64,000 bases of DNA from Candidatus Binatia bacterium. GTDB lineage: Bacteria; Desulfobacterota; Binatia; UBA9968; JAJDTQ01. The DNA is taken from assembly GCA_963666515.2 (NCBI GenBank), contig OY762897.2, positions 1,728,001-1,792,000 on the forward strand, given 5' to 3'. Made by a program: the position numbers and the translations under genes. The first letter of the stretch is position 1, and each line of letters starts with the position of its first letter. Shown here one piece after another: positions 40,482 through 49,339 of this stretch. Below the pieces are notes generated by a model that saw only the letters and a list, made by a program, of their open reading frames with translations, was not told the origin of the DNA and did not search any database.

Positions 40482-41306
40482 TCATTCGGCTCCGCCGTTG
40501 TCCCGGCCTTTCGCCAGCAGAGCCTCGAGTGCCGCAACGCGAGCTTGCGCCGCCCCCGCCGCCCGCTCTGCATCCGCTGTTGCCCGCTCCGCCTCCGCTA
40601 CTGCCCGCTCCGCCTCCTGCCGCGCCTGTTTCTCGCGATCTCGTTCCTGTTCAGCCCACCGGCGCGCCCGTCTTTCATCTCGCCACCCCTGTTCGTTGCG
40701 CCGACGCGTCTCGTTCGATTCCACAAGGTTCAGCAGGTATTCTCCCGTAGCCGCATCGCGGAACCGCAACCCCCCGCTCCCCAGCCGCAACTCCAGCCCC
40801 AGCACCCGGCTCCACATCGCCGAGCCGCCGTCCGCCAGCTCCGTCTCCGCCAATCTCCGGTACTGCCCCGACACCAACTCCTCGCCCTGCAGCCGGGGCG
40901 ACAGATAGTCCCCCGTGGGATCGTATTGCCAGTACTCCGTCACTCCAAGCTCCCGATACAGATCCCGCTTCCTCCCCTGGTCTTCCCGCCGCGTGCTCCG
41001 CGACGTCACCTCCAGCACCCAGTCCGGCCCCTTCGGCTCCCGCCACAACAGGTACGAAGACCGGTCATGGGCCGGCGCCCCGAACACCACGAACACGTCC
41101 GGCGCCACCCGCGCCTTCACGTTCCCCTCCTCGTAGTAGATCAGCATGTTGCCGGCCACGTACACGTCGGAGCGGTGACGGTAATGGTCACGCAGGGCGT
41201 TGCGCGCGTAGGTGAGCGGATCGAACTGAAAATCGCTCTCCGCCAACGGCATGCCGTCGGAGCTGGGATAGTCGATTTCAACCGGAACGGGTGCATCTCT
41301 CTCCAT
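40482..41306 (-). CDS. Uma2 family endonuclease with coiled-coil tail (copy 1)
   Basis: Core nearly identical to neighbour; heptad repeats in tail. Confidence 0.9.
   Translation of the reverse strand: MERDAPVPVEIDYPSSDGMPLAESDFQFDPLTYARNALRDHYRHRSDVYVAGNMLIYYEEGNVKARVAPDVFVVFGAPAHDRSSYLLWREPKGPDWVLEVTSRSTRREDQGRKRDLYRELGVTEYWQYDPTGDYLSPRLQGEELVSGQYRRLAETELADGGSAMWSRVLGLELRLGSGGLRFRDAATGEYLLNLVESNETRRRNEQGWRDERRARRWAEQERDREKQARQEAERAVAEAERATADAERAAGAAQARVAALEALLAKGRDNGGAE
40561..40620. repeat. 21-bp tandem repeats encoding AERAxAx heptads
   Basis: gcccgctctgcatccgctgtt / gcccgctccgcctccgctact / gcccgctccgcctcctgc. Confidence 0.7.
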
Positions 41307-41385
41307 GGGTCACCTCCACGAAGAAGCCTACCAAATTTGTACCGTATGAACAAAAACGCGCGGCCACGCGCCCGTGCGAAATGTC

Positions 41386-42486
41386 CTAACCCCTGCTTCC
41401 CTGGTCCAGCGGCTCCAGCCGCACGGTGACGCCGTTCTTCTCCAACTCGCGGTTGTACTCCTCCCGGATGGAAGGGTCTTCCTTCTCGTAGCGGATCTTG
41501 AACGACTCGGCGAAGGGGTCGGTGTCCTGGGCGGTGCGGGCCGGATGGAAGCTCCGGCCGGAGCCGTAGCGCAACCCGGTGCCCCGGAACGCCAGCATCC
41601 GGTACCCGCCCTTGCCGCTGTTGAAGTGTTGGTGGAACTCGTTGGTGCGGGGCGCCACCACGGCGTAGGGAACGGTCGGGACCTTGCGGCGCTCCTTCTC
41701 CTGCCCCGGCATGAACATCAACTCGTAGCCTTCGCCGCCGATGACGATGACGTGGGCGCCGGCGCCGTGCCGGTGGGCCGTCACGTAAGTCCCCTCGGAC
41801 GCCTCCATGATGTGCATGCCGATGGAACAGCTCGCCATGGACAGGCGCATGATGGCCGTGCGGTTGCCGCGCTCGGGATAGGGGTCGAGTCTGAAGGTGC
41901 GGATGTCGGGGATGAAGTTGGTCTCGAAGAGCCGCAGATTCCACTGCCGGCCCTCGTCGGTGAAGAAGTCCGGCATGGACATGGAGAAGCGATCCGTGAA
42001 CGAATATGGGTTATTAAAGACGAAATCGAGATTATGATAGAGGTTTATGACGTGCGCCGCATTGGTGCCGAACAGCAGCCGGCAGGGCTCGTCCCCGGAG
42101 CTGTTGAACTCCTGGTGCCAGGCATTCAGCGGGATGGACAGCAGCGACCCCTCCTCCCATTCCACGGTGTGCTTCTTCTCACCCTCCTGCCAGATGACGG
42201 AGGCGCCGCGTCCCTGCATCACGTACATGATCGCGTCATAGATGTGGTGCTCAGGCTTCAACTCACCCTTGGGCGGGATCTCGACAATCTGGAGGCTGTT
42301 GGTCTCCTGCTCCCCGAGGCGTGTGTAGGCGGCCTTGCCGCCGCGCCGCTCCCACTCGCCCAACTCCAGGGTGTTGAGATTCTCCAACGCGCTGCCCTCG
42401 TAGAGCGGCACACCCTCCTGCTTCACGAATGCCTGGTAGGAGCTCTTGACGTACCACTGATCGAAACCGGGACGCGCATCCGACAT
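41386..42486 (-). CDS. Bicupin protein #2 (paralog of 33068-34192)
   Basis: EHHIYD..MYV..G.G, IPLNAWHQ, ETNFIPD, AHRHGAG, FHQHFN. Confidence 0.8.
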   Translation of the reverse strand: MSDARPGFDQWYVKSSYQAFVKQEGVPLYEGSALENLNTLELGEWERRGGKAAYTRLGEQETNSLQIVEIPPKGELKPEHHIYDAIMYVMQGRGASVIWQEGEKKHTVEWEEGSLLSIPLNAWHQEFNSSGDEPCRLLFGTNAAHVINLYHNLDFVFNNPYSFTDRFSMSMPDFFTDEGRQWNLRLFETNFIPDIRTFRLDPYPERGNRTAIMRLSMASCSIGMHIMEASEGTYVTAHRHGAGAHVIVIGGEGYELMFMPGQEKERRKVPTVPYAVVAPRTNEFHQHFNSGKGGYRMLAFRGTGLRYGSGRSFHPARTAQDTDPFAESFKIRYEKEDPSIREEYNRELEKNGVTVRLEPLDQGSRG

Positions 42487-42544
42487 CGCCTTTGCCTCCG
42501 TCCAGTTGCCTGCCTTGCTGCCTGCCTCGCGAGTCCGCGCGCCG

Positions 42545-43339
42545 TCAGCCGCTGTCCCGCTTGGAACGCACCGGCTTGCCAGCACGCACGTCCTGGGTGA
42601 ACTGCTCCGCGGCCTCCAGGAGCGCCACCGCCACCGGGCCGTAGTTGGAGCGGCGCCGGTCCAGCTCGTCCGCTGCCAGGCCGATGGTGGGATGGGTCAC
42701 GCCGATCTGGCCGTCACAGTGGTCCCCGGCGCCGAAGCCGGCGATAGTGGGCACCCGCACCTCCGCGGTGATCCGCTGCGCCAGTTCCGCGCTGATACCA
42801 GTGAGCAGGAGCGAGAACGATCCCGCCTTCACCAGTTCCCGGGCGTCACGCCACACCTGCTCCTCGTCCACCGAGCTGGAACGGAAATCGCCCGCGCCGA
42901 TGTTGGCCATGGGCGTGCTGCCCATGTGCGCCAGCACCGGAATGCCCGCCTTGACGAGGGCCGCCACCGTGGAGGCGTACTCGGCTCCCACCTCCAGCTT
43001 CACCGCCTGGACCCCGGCCTCCTGGATGAGCCGGCCGGCATTGACGACGGCCTGCTCGTCGTTCACCTGGTAGCTCATGAACGGCATGTCCCCCACCACC
43101 AGGGCCCGGTCGGAGCCGCGGGCAGCGGCCCGCGCCATTATGACCATCTCGTCCACGGTGACCTCGTTGCTGTCGTCGTGGCCGAGGGCGTACCGCCCGC
43201 CGCTGTCCCCCACCAGGATCACGTCCACGCCCGCCCGGTCGACGATGCGCGCCACGGTGTAGTCGTAAGCGGTCATGACGACGATCTTCTGCTTCTCCGC
43301 CTTCATCCGCTGCAAATCCACGATCGATACTCTGCTCAT
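42545..43339 (-). CDS. PanB-like (ketopantoate hydroxymethyltransferase fold) protein, divergent
   Basis: TAYDY, VGDS, GDMPFMSY, VKLE, GAG..CDGQ present; the Glu181-equivalent position reads LLLTG. Confidence 0.85.
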   Translation of the reverse strand: MSRVSIVDLQRMKAEKQKIVVMTAYDYTVARIVDRAGVDVILVGDSGGRYALGHDDSNEVTVDEMVIMARAAARGSDRALVVGDMPFMSYQVNDEQAVVNAGRLIQEAGVQAVKLEVGAEYASTVAALVKAGIPVLAHMGSTPMANIGAGDFRSSSVDEEQVWRDARELVKAGSFSLLLTGISAELAQRITAEVRVPTIAGFGAGDHCDGQIGVTHPTIGLAADELDRRRSNYGPVAVALLEAAEQFTQDVRAGKPVRSKRDSG

Positions 43340-43378
43340 GTTCACCTCTCTGAATCCATCATTTCTCCCGCCCTGATC

Positions 43379-43479
43379 CGTCATTCCGGCGGAAGCCGGA
43401 ATCCAGGGGTGGGGCGAGACAATAGGGGCGTGATTTCCCGCACCACCCCGTCTGGATTCCGGCTTTCGCCGGAATGACG
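43379..43479. repeat. Family A REPIN-like element
   Basis: CGTCATTCCGGCGGAAGCCGGAATCCAG ... CTGGATTCCGGCTTTCGCCGGAATGACG. Confidence 0.85.
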
Positions 43480-43501
43480 TTTTTGCGGCCTCAGTACCAT
43501 T

Positions 43502-44707
43502 TCAACATCCCACTTGGTGCGACATGTACACCTCGCGCCGTTCCTTCGCCGATTCCAGCACGCCCAGACACACCTCCAGGGTCGCCTCTCCCCAACGGCC
43601 GTCGTGGAACGGCTGGCGGTCGTGGAGGATGGCGTCGTGGAACTCGCGCAGTTCCGCCTCCCGGCCGCGGGCACCCTGCTCCACCGGTATCTCGCGGCGG
43701 CCGTGGTCGTCATAGATGTAGAGGCCGTCTCGGGATTGGCGGATCTCGCCCTTCTCGCAGGTCACCACGGTGAGGCCGAAGAACGGTTGGTGGCGCGGTC
43801 CGGCTTCGGACTCGGTCCCCGGCCCGCCGCCGGCGGCGCCATAGCGCCACGCCTCCAGCTTTCGCTCCAGTCCGTCGCTGCGCTCGGCCCCCTCGCCGAG
43901 GCTACGGAAGAACGCCCTCGCCTTGGGGTGCCTGTCGGGGTCCTTGGGAAGGCCACCCTCGCCGAGCCCCCATACCAACTCGGCGGTGTCGAAATAGGCA
44001 TAGCCGCTGTACACCAGGCTCGCGGGCACGCCGTCTTCGAACTCCAGGTGACAGGCGTAGTGTCCCTCGCCTGGACGCGTGGGGTCGCCAATCCCCGCCG
44101 TGGCCCGGACGCTGCGCACGAGCCCGCCCCCGATCAGCCGCACGATGTCGAACTGATGCGGCCCCTGGTTCAGCACGACGCCGCGGCTCATGCGGATGTC
44201 GTGGTCGGAGAAAGGCCGGTACATGTGGTCCTTGTAGTAGGCGGTGGAGATCATCAACAGCTTCCCCAACTCGCCGCCGGCCACGACCTCCGCCATCTTC
44301 CGCACCGGCGGATCGAAGCTGTGGGTGTGGCCCGACATGAGCTTGACCCCGTGCCGGTCGGCCGCGGCGTTCATGGCCTCGGCCTCGTCCAGCGACAGCG
44401 CCATGGGCTTCTCGACGATCACGTGCTTGCCCCGCTCCATGGCGGCGATGGAGTGCTCGGCGTGGTACTCGTGGGGCGTGGCGACGTAGACGGCGTCCAC
44501 ATCCTCCCTGTCGCACAGTTTTTGCACCGAGTCGAACGTCCGCGCGCCGAACTCCCGTGCAAACCTGTCCAGGGCTTGCCTGCGAAGGTCGGCGGCGCCT
44601 GTGAGCCGCACGAAAGGCAACGGCGCTATCTCCGGCAGGATACGGGCCGCGGCCATGCCGAGGCCGGCGATTCCGAGCCGCAGCCTGGTGTCCGCGCCTT
44701 CGCTCAT
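43502..44707 (-). CDS. Gfo/Idh/MocA oxidoreductase (OphB/CbaB-like) #2
   Basis: GIAGLG, VEKP, GHTHSFD, NQGPHQFD, GRWGEATLEVC; ATGA overlap with the Rieske gene. Confidence 0.88.
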   Translation of the reverse strand: MSEGADTRLRLGIAGLGMAAARILPEIAPLPFVRLTGAADLRRQALDRFAREFGARTFDSVQKLCDREDVDAVYVATPHEYHAEHSIAAMERGKHVIVEKPMALSLDEAEAMNAAADRHGVKLMSGHTHSFDPPVRKMAEVVAGGELGKLLMISTAYYKDHMYRPFSDHDIRMSRGVVLNQGPHQFDIVRLIGGGLVRSVRATAGIGDPTRPGEGHYACHLEFEDGVPASLVYSGYAYFDTAELVWGLGEGGLPKDPDRHPKARAFFRSLGEGAERSDGLERKLEAWRYGAAGGGPGTESEAGPRHQPFFGLTVVTCEKGEIRQSRDGLYIYDDHGRREIPVEQGARGREAELREFHDAILHDRQPFHDGRWGEATLEVCLGVLESAKERREVYMSHQVGC

Positions 44708-46002
44708 GGAGTCGCCAGGGTCTGCCAGCCCCGCCCTTCGGCCACGAGGTGCTCCAGGTAGTCCTGCCATGGCGTGGCGCTCGGGATCACGCCGTAGGTC
44801 GCCACGATCTCGGGGAAGCGGTTGGCCTCGGGGTCCCGGACCACATGGGGCGGATCGTTGCCGTCCTCAACGTCCTTGATGGCCTTGATCAGCACCTTGC
44901 GCGACGCCACGATGGGGATGTCCGACTCCACCAAGTGCTCGTTGGTCCGATCCTGCACCAGCCCGGCCCCCTCCACCACGCACAGGTCCTGGATCGGGTT
45001 GGGGTAGTCGATGCCGCTGTAGACTCGGTCCTGCATGAGGCTCCGGTCCTGACCGTAGCGGTTGGCCTTGCTCGCCATCGGCCGGTAGTCCGGCGCCGGC
45101 GCCCACTGGCTGGCGCGCATGGTGGCGGCCTCCCTGTCCAGCGCCTTCTCGCGGCTGAAGGTGATGACGTACTTCCAGTGGTGGGTGTCGTCGATGGGCA
45201 CGTGCCAGTTGATGGCGCCGCCGGGAATGACCGTCATGCTCGGCAGCACGAAGGTGGCGGCGCGGATGTAGTTCCGTTCGTCATCCATGCGCCGCACCTT
45301 GCAGATGCGGATGCCCAGGTCCAGGAGCTGGGCGTGGGTCCGCTCCGTGCCGGGCGACGGCCCGCGCCCGTTGACCCGTTCCACGTCGCCGAACCGGTCC
45401 CGTATCTTCCGCACCTCCTCCTCGCTCATGGCGGAAAGGTCGCGCTTCACGAAGTGCAGATAGTTGTTGTGGAAGATGTCGATGTTGCCCTCGTTGCCCT
45501 GGAGGTAGTTGCACTCGCTGTAGAGCTTGGTGGGCGCCACCTGATCGTCCGGCACCGTCAGCCAGTCGTAGGCGGGCAACAGCGGCGGCTCGCCGGGGCC
45601 CGTGTACGCGAAGATGATCCCGCTCTTCTCGCGGCACGGGTAGGCGGGCTGGCGGATGGCATCGCGGTGCTCGCCGCCGTTGGGTTCTCCAGGCTGGTCC
45701 AGGCAGCGCCCTTCGATGTCGTAGAGCCAGCCGTGATAGATGCAGCGGAGGCCGCCGTCCTCCAGGCGGCCATAGCTCAGGTCCGCGCCACGGTGGGCGC
45801 AGTGGATGCCGAGCAATCCCGGCCTGCCCCGGTCATCCCGGAACATGACGAGGTCCTCGCCCAGGAGCCTCACGGGGAGCGGCGGGCCGCCGGGCGGAAG
45901 CTCCTCGGAGAGCGCCGCCGGCTGCCAGTAGCGGCGCATAAGCTCGCCGCAGGGTGTGCCGCGGTCGGTCCGGGTCAGTAGTTCATTCTCGCCGCTGTCC
46001 AT
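44704..46002 (-). CDS. Rieske oxygenase alpha (phthalate 4,5-dioxygenase family) #2
   Basis: GTPCGELMRRYW, CAHRG...CIYHG, EGNIDIFH...LH, IQD; SD AGGAG. Confidence 0.92.
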   Translation of the reverse strand: MDSGENELLTRTDRGTPCGELMRRYWQPAALSEELPPGGPPLPVRLLGEDLVMFRDDRGRPGLLGIHCAHRGADLSYGRLEDGGLRCIYHGWLYDIEGRCLDQPGEPNGGEHRDAIRQPAYPCREKSGIIFAYTGPGEPPLLPAYDWLTVPDDQVAPTKLYSECNYLQGNEGNIDIFHNNYLHFVKRDLSAMSEEEVRKIRDRFGDVERVNGRGPSPGTERTHAQLLDLGIRICKVRRMDDERNYIRAATFVLPSMTVIPGGAINWHVPIDDTHHWKYVITFSREKALDREAATMRASQWAPAPDYRPMASKANRYGQDRSLMQDRVYSGIDYPNPIQDLCVVEGAGLVQDRTNEHLVESDIPIVASRKVLIKAIKDVEDGNDPPHVVRDPEANRFPEIVATYGVIPSATPWQDYLEHLVAEGRGWQTLATP

Positions 46003-46034
46003 AGCCTGCTCCTGCCGGTGGACGGTTCCCCGGT

Positions 46035-47504
46035 TCAACGCGATAGCAGATGGCCCCACTTGGCGCGGATCTTCTGCCGCAGCTCCGGGCCGTTGACGCA
46101 CACGGGCGGGAACGCATCGATCCAGTCGTAGGGACGGCACGCGTCGATGACGAGGTTGTGCGCCGTGTAGGAGGCGCGGCCGTGGGCCGCGTCGGGGTTC
46201 GAGCGCTCCTCCGGTGGTATGCGCGGGTCCAGTTGCCAGACCGCGGTGCCGGGAATGACCTGCACGCCCTCCTCGGGGCGGCACCGGCTGGCCACCGCCC
46301 ACAGCACCTCCTTCGCATCGGTGACGTCGATGTCATCGTCCACGATGATCCAGGTCTGGTGCCCGTTGTAGCGGTCGCCGCCAGGCACGAGCACCCTGAT
46401 CACGTCGCGGACGTGGTCTCGGTACATCTGCTCCACGGCGACGGCGTAGAGGTGCGGCCGCGCCAGGGCCACGATCCGGCCGATACCGGGTATGCCGGCC
46501 TTCTCCAGGCGCTGCTTCGCCTCGAGGTTGTCGCCCCCGAGACTGGCGAAGTAGTCGCACCCCACCGGCCGCGTGGGCGAGGCGCCGAAGATGATGGGGT
46601 CGTTACGGTGATAGACCGCATGCACCTCGATACGCGTCTCGGGCCGGCGGCCGTGGGCGTAGTAGCCGGTCCACTCGCCGAACGGCCCCTCGGGCAGGAG
46701 GCCTCCGTCGGCATCGTCCGGGGACGGGATGAAGCCCTCGATGACTATCTCCGCGGCGGCCGGCATGGGCAGCCCGGTAACGGCGCCCGGTATGACCGGA
46801 TAGGGGCTGCCGTGCAGGTAGCCGGCCACCTCGAACTCCGACACCCCCTCCGGGGTGCGGTAGACGCTCGACGAGCCCAGCGCGGTCAGCACCGGCTCCT
46901 GGCCCACGGAGATGAGCACCGGGCACTTCTCGCCCCGGTCCCAGTACTTGCGGCGGATCACGTCGCCGTGCTTCCCGTGCTCGGTGAAGATGGTGCATGT
47001 GGACTTGTCGTGGACCGCCACGCGGTAGGCGCCGGAGTTGACGAATCCGCTGTCAGGGTCTTTCTGGATGACGCAGACGCCGGTGCCGATGTAGCGGCCG
47101 CCGTCGTTCTCGTGCCACTTGGGCGTGGGGAACTTGAAGAGGTCCACCGCGTCCCCGGTCATCACGTTCTCGAGGACGGGTCCGCCGGAGACTTCCTCGG
47201 GCGGCGTCGCCCGAAAGTCCTTGAGCTTCCGGGCAAAACGCTCCGCCACTCCGTCGATGGAAGGCTCCAGCGCGATGCCCAAGGCAGTGGCCGTGCGCTT
47301 GGGGGTGTTGAACAGGTTGACCGCGACCCGGTAGCCCTTGGGGTAGTCCCGGATCTCGTCGAACAGGAGCGCCGGCCCCCGCTGCTCGGTGACCAGCTCG
47401 GCGATGCCGCCGATCTCCTCCTGCCAGTCGCACCCCAGCACCGTTTCCAATTCGCCCAGCTCATCCAGCCTGTGCAGGTACTCCCGAAGATCGTTCCAGA
47501 GCAT
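46035..47504 (-). CDS. UbiD family decarboxylase #4
   Basis: DGGRYIGTG, NSGAYR, EGPFGEWTGYY, VDDDID...WAVASR, IDACRP. Confidence 0.92.
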   Translation of the reverse strand: MLWNDLREYLHRLDELGELETVLGCDWQEEIGGIAELVTEQRGPALLFDEIRDYPKGYRVAVNLFNTPKRTATALGIALEPSIDGVAERFARKLKDFRATPPEEVSGGPVLENVMTGDAVDLFKFPTPKWHENDGGRYIGTGVCVIQKDPDSGFVNSGAYRVAVHDKSTCTIFTEHGKHGDVIRRKYWDRGEKCPVLISVGQEPVLTALGSSSVYRTPEGVSEFEVAGYLHGSPYPVIPGAVTGLPMPAAAEIVIEGFIPSPDDADGGLLPEGPFGEWTGYYAHGRRPETRIEVHAVYHRNDPIIFGASPTRPVGCDYFASLGGDNLEAKQRLEKAGIPGIGRIVALARPHLYAVAVEQMYRDHVRDVIRVLVPGGDRYNGHQTWIIVDDDIDVTDAKEVLWAVASRCRPEEGVQVIPGTAVWQLDPRIPPEERSNPDAAHGRASYTAHNLVIDACRPYDWIDAFPPVCVNGPELRQKIRAKWGHLLSR

Positions 47505-47684
47505 GATCCGCCTTTCGCAGGCCCATTGAGGCAGCCCACGATTACTAAATGCCTTCCAAGGGTGTCAAGAACGGCCAACGGAGGGTTTGCCGGTCCTTGA
47601 CAGCGCCGAAACGACTGTGGTCTAAGGGGCTGCGTTTCGAGCGAAACATCTCGTGCAAACCAATTGAGTAGAGGGGAGGGTAAC
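47505..47684. promoter_or_regulatory. Divergent promoter region between the UbiD cluster and the transporter operon
   Basis: Non-coding, less GC-rich gap between divergent genes; TTGACA present on both strands. Confidence 0.45.
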
Positions 47685-48089
47685 GTGAAGAAGACGTTCT
47701 TATCGATACTTGCTGTTCTGTTTCTGTTCTCCCTGATGGCCGCCGGAAGCGCCGATGCCCAGGACAAGAAGAAAAAGGGCAAGAGCACCAAGGAGATGGA
47801 GCTGGTCATCAGCGGCGTAGGACCCGCGACCATCGAGTACCAGTACCAGCGCGGGGGCAAGGGCAGGATCCGGAAGGCCTACATCGGCGTCGGCGACGAC
47901 ACCAGGATCCAGAAGAAAAAGGGCGACGCTTGGCAGGATATCAGCGTGGCCGACCTGAAGAAGCGGGACAAGGTCACGGTGAAGGTCGAACGCGATCCCG
48001 AGGAGCCCGGCCTGCTGGCCCTTACCGTGCGCGTGACCGGCAAGGGCGAGCTGCTGTCCGACAAAAAGAAGAAGAAAAAGAAGAAGTAG
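47685..48089 (+). CDS. Secreted Lys-rich small protein (possible OB-fold/DUF5666-like)
   Basis: GTG after GGGAGG; signal peptide ending ADA; DLKK.DKVTV pattern; C-terminal K8. Confidence 0.7.
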   Translation: MKKTFLSILAVLFLFSLMAAGSADAQDKKKKGKSTKEMELVISGVGPATIEYQYQRGGKGRIRKAYIGVGDDTRIQKKKGDAWQDISVADLKKRDKVTVKVERDPEEPGLLALTVRVTGKGELLSDKKKKKKKK

Positions 48090-48116
48090 ACGAGCCGGAC
48101 GACTCGAAGGAGGAAC

Positions 48117-49280
48117 ATGGTTATGAGCCCGAGAAATGGATTAGGCGGCCCGGCCGTCCGATACGTTCGTTCTGGCGTGCTCGCACTCTTTGGCGTCCTG
48201 GCTCTCGCCTCCTACGGCTTGGCGGCGGACGCCGGCGCGAAGTGGGAAAAGACCCTGGCGGCGGCGCAGGCCGAAGGACAGGTGAACATCTACGGCGGCG
48301 ACGAGATCACCCATCACGAGATCCTCGGCGCCTTTCAGAAGCGCTATCCCAAGATCAAGGTGGTCAGCGTGTCTGGCCACTCCGAGCTGATTCAGCGCAT
48401 GATCGCGGAGCGCAGGGCGAAGAAGTACCTGGTGGACCTCTTCTCCTACGGCCCCAACGCGGCGCGGACGGCATACATCCTGGACTACCTGGCGCCCGTC
48501 AAGCCCCTGCTCATGCTCCCCGAGGTGACCGACCAGTCCAAATGGTACAAGGGACAGCACTTCTACCGCGACCCGGACGGCAAGTACATCTTCCTCTACG
48601 AGGGCACCCCGGGCACCGCCAGCATGGCGTACAACAGCAAGCTCCTGACGAGCCTCAAGGGGATCGACTCCTTCTGGGACATCCTCGACCCCAAGTGGAA
48701 GGGCAAGCTCGGCTTCTACAGCTACGGCCGCGGGGGCTCGGTGCCCACGCCCATGCTACAGCTCTACTACAACCCCGACGTGGGTCCCAAGTTCCTGGAA
48801 CGGCTGTTCACCAAGATGGACCTCACCATCTCCCGCGACCGCCGGCAGGCCACCAACTGGCTCGCCCGCGGCAAGTATCCCCTGTGCTTCATGTGCCGCG
48901 ACGTCGAGAAGGCGCAGAAACAGGGGCTTCCGGTCAAGACCTACCCGGCCGAGAACATCAAGGAAGCCGGCGCCATGGGCAGCGGCAACAGCAGCGTGCT
49001 GGCGCACCTGAAGGGCGCGCCCCACCCCAACGCGGCCGCGGTCTTCGCCAACTGGTTCCTGTCCCGGGAAGGCCAGTCCACCTGGCAACGGGTGATGAAC
49101 CAGGTGGTGGTGGAGCCCTCCAACTCCATGCGCACGGACATCTCCAAGGACGACGTGCTCACCGACGGCAAGCGCGTGGAGGGGAAGAAGTACCCGATGC
49201 TGGGGTTCCTGGACCCCCGGCCGGTGAGCAAGTTCTACTGGAAGCTGGTCAAGGAGGCGACCAAGAGACAGAAGAAGTAA
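48117..49280 (+). CDS. ABC substrate-binding protein (paralog of 29326-30417)
   Basis: WEKTLAAAQAEGQV, ILDPKWKGK, APHPNAA.VF.NW.LS.EGQ. Confidence 0.88.
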   Translation: MVMSPRNGLGGPAVRYVRSGVLALFGVLALASYGLAADAGAKWEKTLAAAQAEGQVNIYGGDEITHHEILGAFQKRYPKIKVVSVSGHSELIQRMIAERRAKKYLVDLFSYGPNAARTAYILDYLAPVKPLLMLPEVTDQSKWYKGQHFYRDPDGKYIFLYEGTPGTASMAYNSKLLTSLKGIDSFWDILDPKWKGKLGFYSYGRGGSVPTPMLQLYYNPDVGPKFLERLFTKMDLTISRDRRQATNWLARGKYPLCFMCRDVEKAQKQGLPVKTYPAENIKEAGAMGSGNSSVLAHLKGAPHPNAAAVFANWFLSREGQSTWQRVMNQVVVEPSNSMRTDISKDDVLTDGKRVEGKKYPMLGFLDPRPVSKFYWKLVKEATKRQKK

Positions 49281-49339
49281 CAGCCGGGGACAACCTGCGC
49301 ATATACCGACGCCCTTGAACCCGCGAGCCCGAGCGCGCC

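Noticed and set aside
38336-41429. Long Pro-rich plus-strand ORFs (698 and 617 aa) with apparent repeats
   Set aside because: Antisense to UbiD and the Uma2 pair; the repeat only reflects the Uma2 duplication.
42545-43339. Assigning the symbol panB / pantothenate synthesis
   Set aside because: Catalytic Glu substituted and the context is catabolic.
35515-46002. Calling the Rieske enzymes specifically ophA2 or ligXa
   Set aside because: Family motifs do not fix the substrate; no OphC or reductase is present.
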